Positions 61,566 to 64,000 of a DNA stretch of 64,000 bases are shown piece by piece (the first letter of the stretch is position 1; every line of letters begins with the position of its first letter). This DNA is from a candidate division FCPU426 bacterium (lineage in GTDB: Bacteria > Oederibacteriota > Muellerivitia > Muellerivitales > Muellerivitaceae), in the NCBI GenBank assembly GCA_963830915.1, contig CAWHOE010000027.1, forward strand, positions 32,001-96,000, read 5' to 3'. The notes under the pieces are model-generated. The model was not told the origin of the DNA. It saw only the letters and a program-made list of their open reading frames with translations, and ran no database searches. The translations under genes and the position numbers were made by a program.

Positions 61566-63128
61566 TTATTGGTAAAGCCAGCTTTTAACGTCCAAGACTG
61601 GTACTTGAGTGAAATCCGTTCCACCGCCTCCAGTGCCTATTTGAATCCCTACGATACCAACCTGGGTAGGATCAAAGGTCCCATTATAAACACTGTAACC
61701 CGTATAACTGCCTACCGCGGCCGATGAAGCCGGCATAGTCAAAGACAGGGTCACGCATCCTGAGTCGGTAGCCGTACTAATCGCGCTCCATAAACCCGTT
61801 CCATTTTGATAAACACATGCCCAGGGACTGACATTTTCTTGTACAAAAATAGCGCCATAGATCGATTCACCGTCCGAGTTCCAGCCGCTGCTAACATCCA
61901 TGATCACTGAGATGGTCTTTCCAGCCATGTTTGTGGCGCTTCCCAAAGTGTTTTGAACAAAAACCGCTTGGTTGATGGCGGTAAAACCCATAGTAACTTC
62001 CATGGCCCCTGTGCTGGCCGAACAAGAGCTATAGGTCGAGCTATAAATAACTTTCACTGCGCCACCGGCCGTGGTACTGCCGGTATTGTTGGCCCAGCCC
62101 GTCATAGAAGCGGCGGAGCTGAATGTAAACCCTTGAGCCGTTCCCGAAGGAGTTGCCGTGATCGTTGGGGTAACGGTTGGTGTTGGGGCGGCGCTGATGA
62201 CCACATCATCCACATAAACGTTTCCAGTCGTTCCCGCCGAACTGTAGATCTGAACACCGAATTGGAATACTTTGGTCGGGTCGCCACTCGGGGATGCGGG
62301 CCAAATGAAAGTAACCGGGGTCCAAGTCCCGCCGGCTGTTACATTGTTCCAAACAGCATCCCAGGAACCCGTCGGGGTACTATGGGTTTGGATGAAAACC
62401 TGTGCGGCGGCGCTGGTGGCCAAGGCTGGGTCCACATATACCCACATGGTCAACATTTGTCCGGTCATATCCACATCGCTGGGAAGGGTGATCTCTAACT
62501 GGCATTTATTCTGACCGGTAGGATAGGTCACATTGGCTTGCAAGCTTCCCGAACCGGTGTGAGCTAAGGTGGTAACCTGGCTAAACGTATTGGGAATCGT
62601 ATTTCCAGCCGAGGAATCCACATGCCAGCATTGGGCATCCGTCTCAAAAGTGTAAGTTGGCTGATACACGGCTACACAGGTCGTAGCCGTCGGACTGGGA
62701 GTTGGAGTAGCCGTTAACGCAGAAGTATTGGTAACGGTCGGCGAATTGGTCGGCGTACCGCTGAAGGTAGGCGTGTCGGTGGTTGAGGGTGTATCCGTGG
62801 TCGTGGCGGTCAAAGTAATGGTCGCGGTACTGGTCGGCGTTCCCGTATCCGTTAAGGTGGCCGAATTGGTAGGGGTGCTGGTAGGACCAGGCACGGTGGG
62901 TGTATTCGTCACGGTCGGTGTAAAGGAAGTGGTGGGAGTGAACGTTTTAGTGAAAGTGTTGGTTGGCACACTGGTGTTGGTATTGGTGGAGGTAATAGTC
63001 GGGGTGTTGGGAATAGGTGTAGCCGTAGGCGCGGGGAGCGGTTGGGCCGGCGTGACCATCTGTCTGGTACAGGAGATCGAGACTCCCAGAGTGATAATTA
63101 AAAGAGCCAGGATGGAATAGCGATTCAT
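61566..63128 (-). CDS. Lipoprotein with long Pro/Thr linker and two CBM-like beta-jelly-roll domains
   Basis: SISC lipobox; over 100 aa of PT/ST repeats; two similar domains (YTFE/FTFS...W...DMTG/NMAG...GVQI/GIQI...VYVDDV). Confidence 0.7.
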   Translation of the reverse strand: MNRYSILALLIITLGVSISCTRQMVTPAQPLPAPTATPIPNTPTITSTNTNTSVPTNTFTKTFTPTTSFTPTVTNTPTVPGPTSTPTNSATLTDTGTPTSTATITLTATTTDTPSTTDTPTFSGTPTNSPTVTNTSALTATPTPSPTATTCVAVYQPTYTFETDAQCWHVDSSAGNTIPNTFSQVTTLAHTGSGSLQANVTYPTGQNKCQLEITLPSDVDMTGQMLTMWVYVDPALATSAAAQVFIQTHSTPTGSWDAVWNNVTAGGTWTPVTFIWPASPSGDPTKVFQFGVQIYSSAGTTGNVYVDDVVISAAPTPTVTPTITATPSGTAQGFTFSSAASMTGWANNTGSTTAGGAVKVIYSSTYSSCSASTGAMEVTMGFTAINQAVFVQNTLGSATNMAGKTISVIMDVSSGWNSDGESIYGAIFVQENVSPWACVYQNGTGLWSAISTATDSGCVTLSLTMPASSAAVGSYTGYSVYNGTFDPTQVGIVGIQIGTGGGGTDFTQVPVLDVKSWLYQ

Positions 63129-63283
63129 AAGGTTCTTCCTTTCGTATTAATGGGCCAACGCCTGGATAAAACGCTTTAGCCTTGATATTCAACGATAGAA
63201 TTATAGGTTCAAACCTTGGGATTGATAAAAAAATTATACCACTTAGGGGTTTTTTGGAGGAAAAGTGGCCTTTTGTCGGGAAT

Positions 63284-63850
63284 TTACATCATTCCCAATT
63301 GAAGCCTGGCGGCTTCGGTCATCAGGCTCTGGTTCCAGGGGGGCTCGAAGGTGACCTCGACGAATGACTCTTTAACGCCTGGAATACGACTTAATTTCTG
63401 TTCGATCTCAGCTTTCAACACCGTGGACATCCCGCAGCCAGGGGCGGTCAGGGTCATGACGATATCTACCTTTTTGCCACCCTCCGGATGTTCCTTTAGG
63501 ACGCAACCGTAGATCAAACCCAACTCGACGATGTTCACGGGGATCTCAGGGTCATAGCAGGTCTTCAGGGTATCCCAGACGCTCTTCTCCACATCCTGGT
63601 CGCTGACCTTGCCCTCGTCCCCGTAACTGATCTTGAATACCTTGGCCTCGGCCGGCACTTCCTTGCCCAGGGCGTCCGCGTCCTTGCCCTCGATGCGCAC
63701 CAGCTGGCCGTTGTCCCTCTGAAGCGTGAAACTGCCACCCAATGTCTGGGTCAGATAGACCTTCTCATCCTTGAAGACGACCGTCTCGGTCCCGTAAGGG
63801 ATGGTGATGGCCTTGCACTCCCGGGAGATAGTGAGCAGTTCTTGTTTCAT
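63284..63850 (-). CDS. sufT: Fe-S cluster assembly protein SufT
   Basis: TQTLGGSFT, RIEGKDADALG, CYDPEIPVNIVELGLIY, MTLTAPGCGM, FEPPW, EAARLQLG. Confidence 0.93.
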   Translation of the reverse strand: MKQELLTISRECKAITIPYGTETVVFKDEKVYLTQTLGGSFTLQRDNGQLVRIEGKDADALGKEVPAEAKVFKISYGDEGKVSDQDVEKSVWDTLKTCYDPEIPVNIVELGLIYGCVLKEHPEGGKKVDIVMTLTAPGCGMSTVLKAEIEQKLSRIPGVKESFVEVTFEPPWNQSLMTEAARLQLGMM

Positions 63851-64000
63851 GCGTCTGGTCCTTCCCCGTCATCGGTCGAGACCACATCCTTTTGGTCATG
63901 GAGCGCGGCTTCCAAGGTATGCCAGGCTAGGCTGGCGCATTTGACCCGAGCCGGATAATCCCTCACTCCGGCGAAAACTTTCAGTTTGCCCAACTCAGCC
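63847..64000 (-). CDS. sufU: SUF system NifU-like scaffold, 3' end (partial)
   Basis: Manual translation: ...LGKLKVFAGVRDYPARVKCASLAWHTLEAAL. Confidence 0.88.
   Translation of the reverse strand, partial: AELGKLKVFAGVRDYPARVKCASLAWHTLEAALHDQKDVVSTDDGEGPDA

Noticed and set aside
62690..63040. Low-complexity repeats as a DNA repeat element
   Set aside because: They encode the Pro/Thr linker of the lipoprotein and are degenerate at the nucleotide level.
32700..64000. Bacterial genomic island transferred into an archaeon
   Set aside because: The segment is core housekeeping DNA, both junction genes are truncated, and there is no integrase, att site or terminal repeat.

Overview
This window joins two unrelated genomes at about 32,800. 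Bases 1 to ~32,800 come from a methanogenic archaeon. A Methanomicrobiales (Methanoregula-like) assignment is inferred from gene content: the exosome-less proteasome/RNase P/rpl15e superoperon, DGGGP synthase, an HdrA-like gene, Trm1, a DRG GTPase, two tRNAs without encoded CCA, and a class III signal-peptide substrate-binding protein. This half carries many single-base frameshifts typical of unpolished long-read sequence. Bases ~32,800 to 64,000 come from a more GC-rich bacterium: rpsP-khpA-rimM-trmD-rplS, rnhB-yraN-cca, yebC-ruvC-ruvA, tyrS, PBP1A, ppdK, glyQS, a cold-shock gene, sufT/sufU, a GH9 cellulase and non-catalytic CBM-like secreted proteins. The junction cuts a gene on each side, so an assembly or concatenation artefact is the likeliest cause. 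The most interesting unexplained structures are: (i) three ~42-bp covarying hairpin units inserted in the leader of the bacterial tRNA-Thr, flanked by a 20-bp duplication of the tRNA 5' end; (ii) a 9-nt-periodic inverted-repeat element between yraN and cca; (iii) an AT-richer archaeal Roadblock plus tandem-V4R gene pair beside a wHTH-TPR regulator and a divergent candidate small RNA; (iv) a protein with two cysteine-less zf-TFIIB-like repeats between ruvC and ruvA; (v) an orphan viral terminase-small-subunit-like gene behind tRNA-Glu. All calls come from reading the sequence and motifs; no database searches were run.
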